A stretch of 64,000 nt of DNA from Candidatus Bathyarchaeia archaeon (GCA_049516875.1 JBEKSS010000001.1:470549-534548), one strand, 5' to 3'; positions 9,974 through 20,404 are shown, counted from the first letter of the stretch. Notes: a model not told the origin generated them from the letters alone. Numbers and translations: made by a program.

Positions 9974-11302
9974 GTGACAACCCCGATGAAATTGGATTCA
10001 ATCGGCGAGTGGCGTAGAACACATTATTCTGTCGATGTCAAACCTGGCATGGACGGGGAAGAAGTCACACTTTTCGGATGGGTTCAGGAAATCAGAGACC
10101 TAGGCGGAATCCGATTCATAATACTGCAGGACAGAGAGGGCACGATTCAAATCACAGTCTTGCGTAAAAAAGCAAGCAGCGAAGTCCTGTCGAAGTCGGA
10201 CGCATTGCAGAAGCGATTCAGCATAGGTGTGAAGGGAACGGTGAAAAAAACTGAGATGACCCCGAGAGGCGTCGAAGTGCTGCCGAAGGAAGTCAGGATT
10301 TTCAACTCGGCCGAACAGTTGCCGATAGACATATGTGGAAAAATTCCTGCAAACTTGGAAGTTTGTCTGGACGCGCGGGCGCTGGACCTTTGCCAAGAAA
10401 AGAACGTCGCAGTTTTCAAGATTCAGCATGCGGCAGCGGAAGCTATTCGAAGTTTTCTCTTCGAAAGGGGCTTTCTGGAAGTGCACACGCCGCGCATAAT
10501 CGCCTCTGCCACCGAGGGCGGTGCCGCACTTTTTTCCGTAGACTTCTTCGACAGGAAAGCATTCCTCGCCCAAAGCCCGCAACTGTACAAAGAAGAGCTT
10601 GTGATGAGCCTTGAAAAAGTGTTCGAGATCGGCCCGTTTTTCAGGGCTGAAATGTCACACACACGCCGTCACTTGAGCGAGTTTGTGTCGATAGACATTG
10701 AAGAGGCTTTTGCAGACGCTGAAGACGTGATGCAGATACTTGAGCAGCTGATGCAGCACACTTGCAGGAGTGTCGTTGAAAAATGCCAGAAGGAGCTGGC
10801 GACGCTCAAGTACAACTTGAAGGTGCCTGAAGTCCCGTTTAGGCGGATCGCTTACTCAGAGATTCTGGAAGAACTGAAACGTGAAGGAATAGCCATCAAA
10901 TGGGGCGAAGACATTCCTACGCCGGCTTTCAGGACCGTGGGCAAGCTGCACCCGAGCTTTTACTTCATAGTTGACTGGCCGACAGAAGCGAAAGCCTTCT
11001 ACATTAAACCGCGCGACGACAAGCCGGAAATATCTGAAGGCTTCGATCTGATGTGGAAGTGGATAGAACTGGTTTCAGGCGGAACAAGAATAGCCTCCAA
11101 AGAACTCCTGATGAAACGGTTGAAAGAGAAAGGGTTGAATCCCGAATCGTTCAGGCATCATCTGCAAGCGTTTGACTATGGAATGCCGCCGCACGCTGGC
11201 TGGGCCATAGGTCTTGAAAGATTAACCATGGCGTTGACAGGCAAGAAGAACATAAGAGAAGTTACACTTTATCCAAGAGACAAGTTCAGACTCACACCCT
11301 AG
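9974..11302 (+). CDS. aspS: Aspartate--tRNA(Asp/Asn) ligase, archaeal type
   Basis: OB-fold N-terminus, ATEGGA, LAQSPQLYK, FRAE..RHL, GMPPHAGWAIGLER. Confidence 0.96.
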   Translation: MTTPMKLDSIGEWRRTHYSVDVKPGMDGEEVTLFGWVQEIRDLGGIRFIILQDREGTIQITVLRKKASSEVLSKSDALQKRFSIGVKGTVKKTEMTPRGVEVLPKEVRIFNSAEQLPIDICGKIPANLEVCLDARALDLCQEKNVAVFKIQHAAAEAIRSFLFERGFLEVHTPRIIASATEGGAALFSVDFFDRKAFLAQSPQLYKEELVMSLEKVFEIGPFFRAEMSHTRRHLSEFVSIDIEEAFADAEDVMQILEQLMQHTCRSVVEKCQKELATLKYNLKVPEVPFRRIAYSEILEELKREGIAIKWGEDIPTPAFRTVGKLHPSFYFIVDWPTEAKAFYIKPRDDKPEISEGFDLMWKWIELVSGGTRIASKELLMKRLKEKGLNPESFRHHLQAFDYGMPPHAGWAIGLERLTMALTGKKNIREVTLYPRDKFRLTP

Positions 11303-11508
11303 GAACAGCTTTGCGGTCAGGCAGACCGAGAGCAACCAAAGCGTGAAAACCAGCTCTTCAAGCAGGGCTCTGCACGCCGATATTATGAACGCGGGCTACC
11401 CCTTGGCTTTCAGCGGTACGTATGGCACTGTTCTTGTAAAAATCAACATGGTTTTTAGCTGAAAATGTCCTAAAAACTGATTAATCCCCCTTCTATTTAC
11501 TGCGCAGC

Positions 11509-13014
11509 ATGCAAGACGAGCTTAAGATAGCGTGTGGAGTGTTCGCTGCAAAGAATCTTGAGAACCGGCCGGTGTTCTCGTACATTTACTGGGGTCTGAG
11601 AGCACAGAACCACAGGGGTCACCAGTCGCACGGTTTTCTCACGTATAAGGATGGGAAATTTCATGTTCACAGGAATCTGGATCTTGTGCCGAAGATCAAG
11701 ACGAGCGCGATTCAGGAATGGTTTGGGCGTTTGCCCGGCAGCATCGGTATCGGAAACGTTAGGTACACGACTTCGGGAAAATGCGATGAGAAGTCGTTGA
11801 TTAAGGGCACGCAGCCAGTTACTGCTACGAAGAACGGTTCAAAAGTGGCTATTTCGTTTAACGGTAATGTTGTGAACACGTTTCAGCTAAGGAAGGAGAT
11901 AGACAAGAAGTTTCATCGTTTTGCGTATGAGTGTGATTCAGACTTGATTTGTCACAAGCTTTTGATTGAGCTTGTGAAACGCAAGGATTTGGCGTCTGCG
12001 GTCAAGGCGTGCATGCAGGAGGTTGAGGGAGCCTTCTCCGTGGCGGGTATAACGGAGAAAGGTGATTTCTTCGCTTTCAAGGATCCGCACGGCATTAGGC
12101 CGTTGTGCGCTGGTCACAGTCCGGACGGGTCAACCTACGTGTTTTCTTCGGAAACCGTGAGTTTGGACATTAACGGTTTTGAAAGGGACTTTGAACTGGA
12201 GCCCGGAGAGCTTGTGACCGTTTCGAAGAATGGTTTTGAAAGGCAAAAGCTTGTGAAAGATTATCGGAAAGCCTTTTGCGCTTTTGAGTTTGCGTATTTT
12301 GCGAGGCCGGATTCGCGGTTTGACGATAAATATGTTTATGAGGTTCGGGAAGAGTTTGGCAGGAACCTTGTCAAAGAGAATCCTGACGCAGTGAAGGATG
12401 CAGATATGATTCTTTCTGTGCCCGAGACGGGTGATGACTCGGCTTTGGGCGTTCACGAGGCTTCTGGAATAAGGTGGGAGAGAGCTTCGCGGAGACACCG
12501 GTATGTGACTGAGAGGGCTTTTCTGTTGCTGAGCAAGGATCGCACTTCGACGATAGACAGGAAAATCAACATTCTAGGGCCGAAGGTTAAGGGAAAAAGG
12601 ATCATAGTCACGGAGGACAGCATCGTCAGGAGCGACACGACAAGAGTCATTGTGGAGAAAATGCGGAGAATGGGCGCTAAGAAAGTGTACGTATTCGTGA
12701 CTTTTCCACGCATAGTCGGACCGTGTCTCTATGGAATCGACATGGCAACATACGGCCAGCTGATAGGTTCACGGCACAGTACGGAGGAAATTGCAAAGAT
12801 AATCGGTGCGGACGCGGTTTGCTACCAGTCTTTAGAAGGACTTGTGAAGGCGACGGGTTTCAAGCAGGACGAGCTGTGCATGGCGTGCTTGACGGGCAAG
12901 TATCCCACGCCGCTAGCTCAGAAGATAGCTGACGTGATGAAGAAACGGTTCTCGGAAGGCTACGAAGAAACGGGAAGGCTTTACGAGATAGAAGAAGCCG
13001 CCCAAACGGCGTAG
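11509..13014 (+). CDS. purF: Amidophosphoribosyltransferase
   Basis: Short propeptide then CGVF nucleophile, HRG, VRYTTSG, CAFEFAYFARPDS, DSIVR, YGID, LCMAC. Confidence 0.95.
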   Translation: MQDELKIACGVFAAKNLENRPVFSYIYWGLRAQNHRGHQSHGFLTYKDGKFHVHRNLDLVPKIKTSAIQEWFGRLPGSIGIGNVRYTTSGKCDEKSLIKGTQPVTATKNGSKVAISFNGNVVNTFQLRKEIDKKFHRFAYECDSDLICHKLLIELVKRKDLASAVKACMQEVEGAFSVAGITEKGDFFAFKDPHGIRPLCAGHSPDGSTYVFSSETVSLDINGFERDFELEPGELVTVSKNGFERQKLVKDYRKAFCAFEFAYFARPDSRFDDKYVYEVREEFGRNLVKENPDAVKDADMILSVPETGDDSALGVHEASGIRWERASRRHRYVTERAFLLLSKDRTSTIDRKINILGPKVKGKRIIVTEDSIVRSDTTRVIVEKMRRMGAKKVYVFVTFPRIVGPCLYGIDMATYGQLIGSRHSTEEIAKIIGADAVCYQSLEGLVKATGFKQDELCMACLTGKYPTPLAQKIADVMKKRFSEGYEETGRLYEIEEAAQTA

Positions 13015-13047
13015 CGGCAAACCAAATTAGGCGTTCCCAGTTATTCT

Positions 13048-14484
13048 GTGATCCAAGAGGGCTTGCTTGTGGAGAAGGTGGGCGTACTCGTTGTTTCCTA
13101 CGGTTCAAGAGAAGCGGCGATGGTTGACGCTTTTGCCAGAAGCAGGAATTACAGGGTTGAGCTTTACGTTGCGGACAAGCAGCGGAACCCTTTCAACGTT
13201 CAGAGAGCTGCCAAGCACGTTGTCATACCGGACTTGAACATCCGTGAAATCTGCAAGTTCGCTGAGGCCAACAAGGACAGCATCGACTTTGGCATAATCG
13301 GTCCGGAGAAGCCTATCATTGAGGGCGTGCGCGATCTTGTGGAGAAGCAGACGGGCATACCCTTGATTTGTCCGACGAAGGAGTACGCGATAGAGGAAAG
13401 CAAGGTGCGGCAGAGGCTTTTGTTTCAGGAAATCATGCCGGAAGTGAACCCGCGCTTTAAGGTTTTTGATCCGAAGGATTACAAAAATACGGCGGAAGTG
13501 AAGCAGGCCGTTGAAAGTTGGGTTGACGAGCTGCAAGACCAGGCGGTCGTGAAGCCTGACAAGCCTACTGCGGGAAAAGGAGTGGGCGTCTGGGGAGATC
13601 ACTTCACCACGCGGGAAGAATTGTTTGAACACTTCCTCTCCAACTATCAGCACGGCACCGTTATTATTGAAGAAAAGGTTGAGGGGGAAGAATCGAGTTT
13701 TCAGGCTTTCTGCGACGGCAAACGGCTCGTGCCACTTCCCGACACGAGAGACCACAAACGCGCGTTCGACGACGATAGAGGACCGAATACGGGTGGAATG
13801 GGCAGCTACAAGGATAAGGGCGACGTGTTGCCGTTCCTGTCCAAGGCGGATCGGCAGAGAGAATTGGAGGTTGTGGAGAAGATTTTTGGAAGGTGGAAGT
13901 CGAGGGCAAAGGACGGTTCAGGCTTGAGGGGTGTGCCGTTGTACGTGGCTTTCATGCACACGGGCGAGGGGTTGAAGATTCTTGAAAACAACAGCCGTCC
14001 GGGAGACCCCGAAATAATGAATGTTCTGCCAGTCTTGAAGGAGGATTTTGTTGATGTGTGTTTTAGGATTTTGGAGGGGAATTTGACAGGCATCGAGTTG
14101 GAGAAGTCGGCGACTGTTGCAACGTATAAGGTTCCGCCCAGCTACGGTGGATACGCCGAGACTTTCCCCGATCTGGTGAGAAAAGGCGAAGTTGGCATGT
14201 CTGTTGACTTGTCAGGAGCATACGGGCTGAGCAAGAAGTACGGTGACAATATTCGTGTTTATCCGGGGTCGATGGAGCAGCGCGACGGCGAAACTTATGC
14301 TCTTAAGTCGCGAGCCGTGTGTGTTGTGGGTGTCGGTGACGATTTGGAGACGGCGAGAAAGGTTTCTCTCGAAGGCCTAAACGCCGTCAAGGGCGGAGCA
14401 CTGTGGAGCAGAAGTGACATTGCTTCCAAGAGGCATATTGAAAGAAGCGTGAAACATATGGAGGAGTTGAGGCGCAAACGGTGA
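13048..14484 (+). CDS. purD: Phosphoribosylamine--glycine ligase
   Basis: IIGPE, AGKGV, EGEE, DHKRAFD.DRGPNTGGMG, RPGDPE. Confidence 0.95.
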   Translation: MIQEGLLVEKVGVLVVSYGSREAAMVDAFARSRNYRVELYVADKQRNPFNVQRAAKHVVIPDLNIREICKFAEANKDSIDFGIIGPEKPIIEGVRDLVEKQTGIPLICPTKEYAIEESKVRQRLLFQEIMPEVNPRFKVFDPKDYKNTAEVKQAVESWVDELQDQAVVKPDKPTAGKGVGVWGDHFTTREELFEHFLSNYQHGTVIIEEKVEGEESSFQAFCDGKRLVPLPDTRDHKRAFDDDRGPNTGGMGSYKDKGDVLPFLSKADRQRELEVVEKIFGRWKSRAKDGSGLRGVPLYVAFMHTGEGLKILENNSRPGDPEIMNVLPVLKEDFVDVCFRILEGNLTGIELEKSATVATYKVPPSYGGYAETFPDLVRKGEVGMSVDLSGAYGLSKKYGDNIRVYPGSMEQRDGETYALKSRAVCVVGVGDDLETARKVSLEGLNAVKGGALWSRSDIASKRHIERSVKHMEELRRKR

Positions 14485-15563
14485 GGAGAGTCTTTGTCTC
14501 GGACTGTGAGGGGCCGATTTCAAAGAATGACAATGCTTTCGAGTTGACGTCACGGTTCGTTCCTGACGGGGACAAGCTGTTCACGGTTGTGAGCAGGTAT
14601 GACGATGTGCTCGCAGAGGTTGTGAATAAACAGGGCTACGAAGCTGGCGGCACGGTCAAGCTGGTTCTGCCCTTTCTCAAGGCTCACGGCGTTACGGATC
14701 GGAAGATGCGGGAATTCTCGGCCGAACACTTGGTTTGCGTTCCGGGCATAAAGGACACGCTCCAACACGTTAGGGCTTTGGCTCCTGCGTTTATCGTCAG
14801 TGCGAGTTACGAGCATTATTTGAGAGCCTTGTGCGAAGTTCTGGAGTTTCCTTTTGAGAACACGTACTGTACGAGAGTCTGCATGGACAAGTACGGGATT
14901 CGAGAGAAAGAGAAGGAGGAGTTGAAGCAGACTGCGAAGGAGATCGCGCATATGCCGGTGTTTGAGATCCCGTCAGACGCGGAGTCACTGGATGATCTGC
15001 CGGGAGAGGACGAGAAAACGGTGAGACGGCTTGATGAGATTTTCTGGAAGAGAATTGCGGAGATGGAGATTGGCAGAATCTATTGTGATGTCAACCCGGT
15101 GGGTGGGGGCGAAAAGGCTGAGGCGATAAAGGACATAGTTGAAAGGCTGGGCGTTGCGGTGGCAGATGTCATGTATGTGGGTGACAGCATAACAGATGAC
15201 GAGGCTTTCAAGTTTGTAGATAGAAAGGGCGGCTTAACCGTGTCTTTTAACGGCAACCAATACGCTGTGAAAAACGCTGAAATTGCAGTTTTGTCCGATA
15301 ACAGCATCGTGACAGCTGTCATTGCAGACGTGTTTCTTAGGCTTGGAAAATCAGAAACCCTAGACCTGGTGAAAAACTGGAACAGTAAAGCGCTGGAAAA
15401 GAGCTCGGTTAGTCAAAATGTGCTTAATCGGCTCTTCAAAGCGTATCCGGGCAAGCTGCCTAAAGCTAAAATAATTACGGACCAGAATATGGAGACTCTG
15501 GCAGAAGAAAGCAGCAAGTTTAGAAACAAAGTCAGAGGAGAGGCCGCAGGCAGGTTGGGTTGA
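14481..15563 (+). CDS. HAD-superfamily phosphatase, EhaR-like
   Basis: Motif I DCEGP (DxE variant), motif II SASY, motif IV GDSITDD; GTGA overlap with purD. Confidence 0.8.
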   Translation: MRRVFVSDCEGPISKNDNAFELTSRFVPDGDKLFTVVSRYDDVLAEVVNKQGYEAGGTVKLVLPFLKAHGVTDRKMREFSAEHLVCVPGIKDTLQHVRALAPAFIVSASYEHYLRALCEVLEFPFENTYCTRVCMDKYGIREKEKEELKQTAKEIAHMPVFEIPSDAESLDDLPGEDEKTVRRLDEIFWKRIAEMEIGRIYCDVNPVGGGEKAEAIKDIVERLGVAVADVMYVGDSITDDEAFKFVDRKGGLTVSFNGNQYAVKNAEIAVLSDNSIVTAVIADVFLRLGKSETLDLVKNWNSKALEKSSVSQNVLNRLFKAYPGKLPKAKIITDQNMETLAEESSKFRNKVRGEAAGRLG

Positions 15564-16478
15564 ATGGTTCGGAAGGATTTGGTTGAGGACACTTATGCTG
15601 AAGCGTTTGACGGCTTGTACGTGCGAGTCATTGTCACTGCGGATGATGAGGAAACGTTGAAGAAGGCGGCGGAAGACGCTACTGCTTCGCCGTCGGGAGT
15701 AATAGGTAGGCTTGAGGGTGGAATTGAAAAATGGCTGAACGCTGAGGAAACTCCGGACAGGCGGAAAGGAGCTGTTCTGCAGCTTTGGAAGGGGTTGGAC
15801 AAGGGGAAATCTTTGGAGAGTGTGGTTGAGCGGTTTGAGAGGGAGCTTTCTTATCGGGTTCGGCAGGACATTCTTGTGAAGCCTTTCACCGCGGTTTTTG
15901 ATGCTTTGTCTGTTAAGGCTGAGGGAAGAATGGACATGATGGAAAAGGTTGGGCACTGTGGCGATGGGTATGAGTGGGAGAAGCAGCTCTATGGTCGAAG
16001 TATGATTGTTGTTCCGATTATGGTGCCTGATTTTTTTATTGAGCGGCATGTCGGTTATGCTCGGGGGGTTTCTGGTGGCAATTTTTGGATGATGTGCAGG
16101 ACGAAGAAGGCGGTGAGGGAGGCTGGCAAGGCGGCGTTGGAAGCCATAGGCAAGGTTGAAGGAGTGATAACGCCTTTTGACGTTTGTTCGGCTGGGTCGA
16201 AGACTGAGACCAAATTTCCGTTGATAGGGCCGACGACGAATCATCCTTATTGTCCGTCGCTGAAGGAGAAGTTGGGCAGAGAGTCGTTGGTTCCTGAAGG
16301 AGTCAACTACATTCCTGAAATAGTGATCAGCGGCGTTTCGATGCGTGCGGTGAAAGAGGCGATGAAGGCTGGGATTGAAGCAAGTTTGACTGTTGACGGC
16401 GTTGTGAAGGTCTCTGCAGGAAACTACGGAGGAAAATTGGGTGAGTACAAGATTTACTTGCGTGAGCTGTTCCGATGA
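15564..16478 (+). CDS. Formylmethanofuran:H4MPT formyltransferase paralog (Ftr-like, EhaS-type)
   Basis: [36 protein letters not shown]; divergent [10 protein letters not shown] and GHCGDG segments differ from canonical Ftr. Confidence 0.88.
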   Translation: MVRKDLVEDTYAEAFDGLYVRVIVTADDEETLKKAAEDATASPSGVIGRLEGGIEKWLNAEETPDRRKGAVLQLWKGLDKGKSLESVVERFERELSYRVRQDILVKPFTAVFDALSVKAEGRMDMMEKVGHCGDGYEWEKQLYGRSMIVVPIMVPDFFIERHVGYARGVSGGNFWMMCRTKKAVREAGKAALEAIGKVEGVITPFDVCSAGSKTETKFPLIGPTTNHPYCPSLKEKLGRESLVPEGVNYIPEIVISGVSMRAVKEAMKAGIEASLTVDGVVKVSAGNYGGKLGEYKIYLRELFR

Positions 16479-17392
16479 GCAGATTTGACGTTGTGGGGTT
16501 CGGCGCGCTTAACGTGGACAAGCTTTTCAAGGTGAACAGGATAGCCGCGAAGGAAGAGGAGAGCTTCATAACAGATTTTATTGAGACCTGCGGTGGGTCA
16601 GCGGCAAACACTGTTGTAGGCTTGGCAAGACTTGGCTGCAAAGTGGGTTTTATTGGAAAAGTTGCCAGTGACAGAGAAGGAAAGATGCTGCTTGAAGAGT
16701 TCCGCAGAGAAGGCGTCGACATAAAAGGCGTAGCGGTTGCAAAGAAGGGCAGAAGCGGCACAGTCATGGGATTCGTGGACGAAAAAGGTGAACGGGCACT
16801 GTACATTGATCCGGGCGTAAACGATCAAGTAGGGTTTAATGAGAATATCATGAGATATGCGTCTCAAACGACGTTTCTTCACTTGACTTCTTTTGTGGGG
16901 GAAGAGTCCTTTCAGGCGCAAAAGAGGATTCTTGAGACGATTCCTGAAGATGCCATGGTGAGCTTTGATCCTGGTGCGTTGCACGCGAGGAAAGGGTTGG
17001 CTGCATTGGAATCGATTGTTGGGAGGACTTTTGTTTTGATGCCGAACGCGGGTGAACTTGAACTATTGACAGGCATGGCCGATTATAGAAAGGGCGCTGA
17101 AGCCTTGCTTAGGAAGGGTGTGAAGGTTGTTGCAGTCAAGTTGGGCAGCAGAGGGTGCTATGTGACTGATGGGAGACAGAGCCACAACGTGGAAGCGTTC
17201 AAGGTGAACGTGGTGGATACGACTGGTGCTGGGGACGCTTTTTGTGCGGGGTTCCTCTACGGCTTGATTGAACATGAGAGTCTTGAGGAGTGTGGAAGGA
17301 TAGGGAATTTCGTGGCATCTAGATGCACAACAAGAATGGGAGCAAGAGTAGGACTGCCAACACTCAAGGATTTGACAAAGCTACACAGATAG
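16475..17392 (+). CDS. PfkB/ribokinase-family kinase, EhaT-like
   Basis: [15 protein letters not shown]; ATGA overlap with the ftr-like gene. Confidence 0.92.
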   Translation: MSRFDVVGFGALNVDKLFKVNRIAAKEEESFITDFIETCGGSAANTVVGLARLGCKVGFIGKVASDREGKMLLEEFRREGVDIKGVAVAKKGRSGTVMGFVDEKGERALYIDPGVNDQVGFNENIMRYASQTTFLHLTSFVGEESFQAQKRILETIPEDAMVSFDPGALHARKGLAALESIVGRTFVLMPNAGELELLTGMADYRKGAEALLRKGVKVVAVKLGSRGCYVTDGRQSHNVEAFKVNVVDTTGAGDAFCAGFLYGLIEHESLEECGRIGNFVASRCTTRMGARVGLPTLKDLTKLHR

Positions 17393-17800
17393 AATTTCTT
17401 TAACCTTGCCCAAGAACGTCTCAGCGTTCTTTACTATGCTCGTAGCTCCTTCCTCTGAGAATATGAGGCCATAATCAGCCTCTTCTCTTAGGCTCATGGC
17501 TTCTTCAAAGTCGTGAATCAGTCCTGATTCAACCCGATTTTCAAATAATTCTCTTAACGCTATCAGCAACGCGTAATGACTCTTCTCTCTGTATCCCTTG
17601 CTGTAAACGAGTGCTCTTGCCGCATGAAACATGGAATAATAACCCTGTATTGTAGCCCATTTGAACCTCTTCCTCCACAAAGAGTCCTTTGCCTCCTCCA
17701 AATCAGAGACGGCTCCTTCGACTTCCTTGATGACTAATTTTCTGTCCGACCTTATCCTGATCAATCTTCTCTCTTCGATGAAACGCTCGAATTCGCTCAT
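17381..17800 (-). CDS. HEPN domain protein (toxin of MNT-HEPN pair)
   Basis: YYSMFHAARAL and REEADY motifs; overlaps the MNT gene. Confidence 0.88.
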   Translation of the reverse strand: MSEFERFIEERRLIRIRSDRKLVIKEVEGAVSDLEEAKDSLWRKRFKWATIQGYYSMFHAARALVYSKGYREKSHYALLIALRELFENRVESGLIHDFEEAMSLREEADYGLIFSEEGATSIVKNAETFLGKVKEILSV

Positions 17801-18339
17801 TCAGACTCCCACAAAGTAACTCCTTTCAAAATTCTCTCGTACAAGGGCTTGTCCTCCTTCTTCAACTTCACGAACTCGTTTGAGTTAACAACAATCGGTG
17901 ATATCCTTTTCAGAACACTTTTTTGATAATCACTGATACTCGACCTCACTTTATCCTTTTCATTCGTGAGAATGAACAAATCCACATCGCTTTCTTTCGC
18001 ATCAGTCCCCTCTGAACAGCTTCCAAACAAAATTATCTTCTTACTGCTGTTTCTTATCTGCTCAACCAATGCATTAAGGGAATATACGTTGAAAAGAACC
18101 TTGAACTGCCTTGCCACAGCGTTTTTCGAGTTAAACCTGTAAAAAACCATCCTACCCCTTCTGCTTCTTTGCAGGACTTTGACTTCAGAAAGCAGTCTAA
18201 GAACTCTGTTTGCAGAACCTTCACTCACCCGCGCTCTTCTCGCCACTTCTCTCTCGTGAATTTCCTGCACAGGATCTTCATGAAACAGATAGAGAACCTT
18301 CAGCAGAGTCGGCGTAATGAAATCCAATTTTTTGAGCAT
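17797..18339 (-). CDS. wHTH-fused minimal nucleotidyltransferase (MNT antitoxin)
   Basis: LFGSCSEG..ESDVDL motif with N-terminal HTH. Confidence 0.88.
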   Translation of the reverse strand: MLKKLDFITPTLLKVLYLFHEDPVQEIHEREVARRARVSEGSANRVLRLLSEVKVLQRSRRGRMVFYRFNSKNAVARQFKVLFNVYSLNALVEQIRNSSKKIILFGSCSEGTDAKESDVDLFILTNEKDKVRSSISDYQKSVLKRISPIVVNSNEFVKLKKEDKPLYERILKGVTLWESE

Positions 18340-18708
18340 ATGCTCATTATTTTGAAACCCAAGAATAAATGCTTTGTTAAGCTGGATTCTTCAGTCGTTC
18401 TCGGCGTCCCGCTTAAACAGCCTGTATTTCTGCAAATGAACATCCTGTAAAGTCATGCCACATACAATATTACGAACAGAGCCCTCCTAATCCTTTTTTT
18501 TTATACAGTATAATGAATTTCTGCGAAATTGTGGTTTGATGGAACTGAGACCTTAAGGAGTGGAGACGTCTCCCGAATTCAGTCGTCACACGACCGTTTT
18601 CTTCTAAGAATGAATTGGTCAAAACTGGCTTAAGAAGAGTGATAGAGAGGAATGGTGCAACAGAAAATGCAAAGACTTAAATTGGCTGATTTTTATTTTC
18701 AAATCGAA

Positions 18709-19068
18709 ATGGATTCTTCAAAGTCAATGTTGACTGCTTTGAGGTTCAATGAAAGAATTAACCAGCAAGACCTTGAAGGTTTAGCTGAATTAATGACTGA
18801 TGACCACACCCTCATAGTCGTAGCAAATAACAAAGGAGAGACGACTAAAGGTAAAAATGTTGTGAAAGAGGGTTGGAGAGGGTTCTTCAAGAAATACCCT
18901 GATTACAGAAACATGTTCACGTGTGTAACAATTCAAGACAATGTTGTTGTTATGGTTGGCTGTTCTACGTGCTCTTTCAAACCTCTCGATGGTCCAAACA
19001 TGTGGACTGCTAAAATACGTGGTGAACGCATCTCCGAATGGAAAGTATGCTGGCTGGACGAAAGGTAG
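18709..19068 (+). CDS. SnoaL/NTF2-like protein
   Basis: FNERINQQDLEGLAELMTDD..WRGFFKKYPDY pattern. Confidence 0.75.
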   Translation: MDSSKSMLTALRFNERINQQDLEGLAELMTDDHTLIVVANNKGETTKGKNVVKEGWRGFFKKYPDYRNMFTCVTIQDNVVVMVGCSTCSFKPLDGPNMWTAKIRGERISEWKVCWLDER

Positions 19069-19249
19069 GAACAAGACTCCATCCAACTTGCGCAATCTTG
19101 TGAAAGGCAAGGTCAGAACGAAAATAGGTCATCGCAGGATCAACTGCTCCTGCAACACACCTTTTCATCTTTTTGCTTGAAGAAGGGTGGCTTCCAAGGC
19201 GTGTGGTCGGTGGGAAGATTTATATGTATTGTTGAATGGATGTACTACA

Positions 19250-19507
19250 ATGACAAGGTTGGAAAACGAGGTCGTAGTAACTCGGAAAGGTCAGACAACA
19301 ATTCCCGTGCGGCTCCGTCAGAAGTACAAGATTGAAGAAGGAACAAGGCTCCAGGTCATCGAAACTGAAGAGGGGATACTCTTCAAACCCAAGAAATCCA
19401 CGTTGGATCTTGCTGGTTCTGGGTCCCAGTATGCAACTCCCAAAGAAATGAAGAAGCTTTTGGATAAGCTCAGGGAAGAAGATGTCTCGAACGGTTTACG
19501 ACACTAG
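19250..19507 (+). CDS. AbrB/MazE-type antitoxin (VapB)
   Basis: VTRKGQTTIP..R.KYKIEEG motif. Confidence 0.88.
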   Translation: MTRLENEVVVTRKGQTTIPVRLRQKYKIEEGTRLQVIETEEGILFKPKKSTLDLAGSGSQYATPKEMKKLLDKLREEDVSNGLRH

Positions 19508-19865
19508 ATTCTTCATCGAACACTACTACTCCAAGGACGAAAGGACACTTCAAAGAACTAAAGAAGAAATGAGAGGCCGAGAAAAATATATTTCAGCCAT
19601 CGTGATCCACGAAGTCTATCAACTTACACTCGTGCGCGAGGGACGCGAACCTGCCGTGTTGAGAACGACGTTGCTGGAGAAGGACTTCAAGACAGTGAAG
19701 GTGGATGCAGAAATCGCAAAAAGCTCGGCCGAATTCAGACACAAGTACAAGCTCTCGATGGCTATCAGCATGATAGCAGCTACAGCGTCACATTTGAAGG
19801 CAACGTGCATCTCAGATGACTCTCATTTTCAAGCCGTCAAAGAAATCAAAACAAGATGGATCTAG
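19482..19865 (+). CDS. PIN-domain toxin (VapC)
   Basis: YDT, IHEV, ISDDSHF; overlaps the antitoxin; usual 'AD' acidic residue reads 'AI'. Confidence 0.85.
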   Translation: MSRTVYDTRFFIEHYYSKDERTLQRTKEEMRGREKYISAIVIHEVYQLTLVREGREPAVLRTTLLEKDFKTVKVDAEIAKSSAEFRHKYKLSMAISMIAATASHLKATCISDDSHFQAVKEIKTRWI

Positions 19866-19913
19866 AAACCTCTAGAACCAACCAAACATTTCCACAGCAT
19901 CATTTTCCCTGCC

Positions 19914-19948
19914 TTTGCCACGATGTTTCACGCTGTCGCCCGCGGGAT
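19914..19948 (+). repeat. 35-bp dispersed repeat, copy 1
   Basis: 30/35 identical to 30136-30170. Confidence 0.8.
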
Positions 19949-19970
19949 TTGCGTCATGGGAACCGTTAAC

Positions 19971-20017
19971 CTTATATAGTAATATGAATTATTTGTCATA
20001 TGACAAATGTGTCATGT
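19971..20017 (+). promoter_or_regulatory. TATA box plus ArsR/SmtB-type operator
   Basis: CTTATATA at 19971; perfect 18-bp palindrome ATTTGTCATATGACAAAT at 19991-20008; two overlapping TGA-N8-TCA boxes upstream of arsR. Confidence 0.7.
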
Positions 20018-20029
20018 GAGTTGATGTGG

Positions 20030-20404
20030 ATGAAGCGCGGGCTTGCTGAAACTTGCTACGTTTTCTTCAAGAATCTGGCAAATCCAACACGGCTAGCTAT
20101 CCTGGAGACTCTGCGGGATGCACCAAGAAACGTTAACGAGATCGCTGAAGAGTTGAAGCAGGAACAGAGCATGATCTCTCACAACCTCAGAGCTTTAGAA
20201 AAATGCGGATTCGTGTTTTCGGAAAGGAGGAAAAAACAGCGTTTCTATTCGTTGAACAAGGAAACAATGGAACCACTATTCAAGACATTCGCACATCACT
20301 TCGAAAAGTACTGTCCCACGGGGGGAAAATGCCTTACTGCGAAAGGCCTTAGAGAACGAAGAAAGAAGGAGGCTTCTCGTCAGTTGCATGTGACCCATCA
20401 ATAA
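20030..20404 (+). CDS. ArsR/SmtB-family regulator
   Basis: FFKNLANPTRLAIL..QSMISHNLRAL. Confidence 0.9.
   Translation: MKRGLAETCYVFFKNLANPTRLAILETLRDAPRNVNEIAEELKQEQSMISHNLRALEKCGFVFSERRKKQRFYSLNKETMEPLFKTFAHHFEKYCPTGGKCLTAKGLRERRKKEASRQLHVTHQ

Noticed and set aside
14481-15563. Energy-converting hydrogenase (Eha) locus
   Set aside because: Only the EhaR/S/T-like accessory families are present; there are no NiFe or membrane subunits in the window.
15360-16244. 294-aa antisense ORF (also 13105-13755, 44934-45638, 56821-57534)
   Set aside because: Shadows of well-supported genes; composition reflects codon bias of the real frame.
15564-16478. Canonical methanogenesis/Wood-Ljungdahl ftr
   Set aside because: Divergent central motifs and purine-operon context; kept as an Ftr paralog without a gene symbol.
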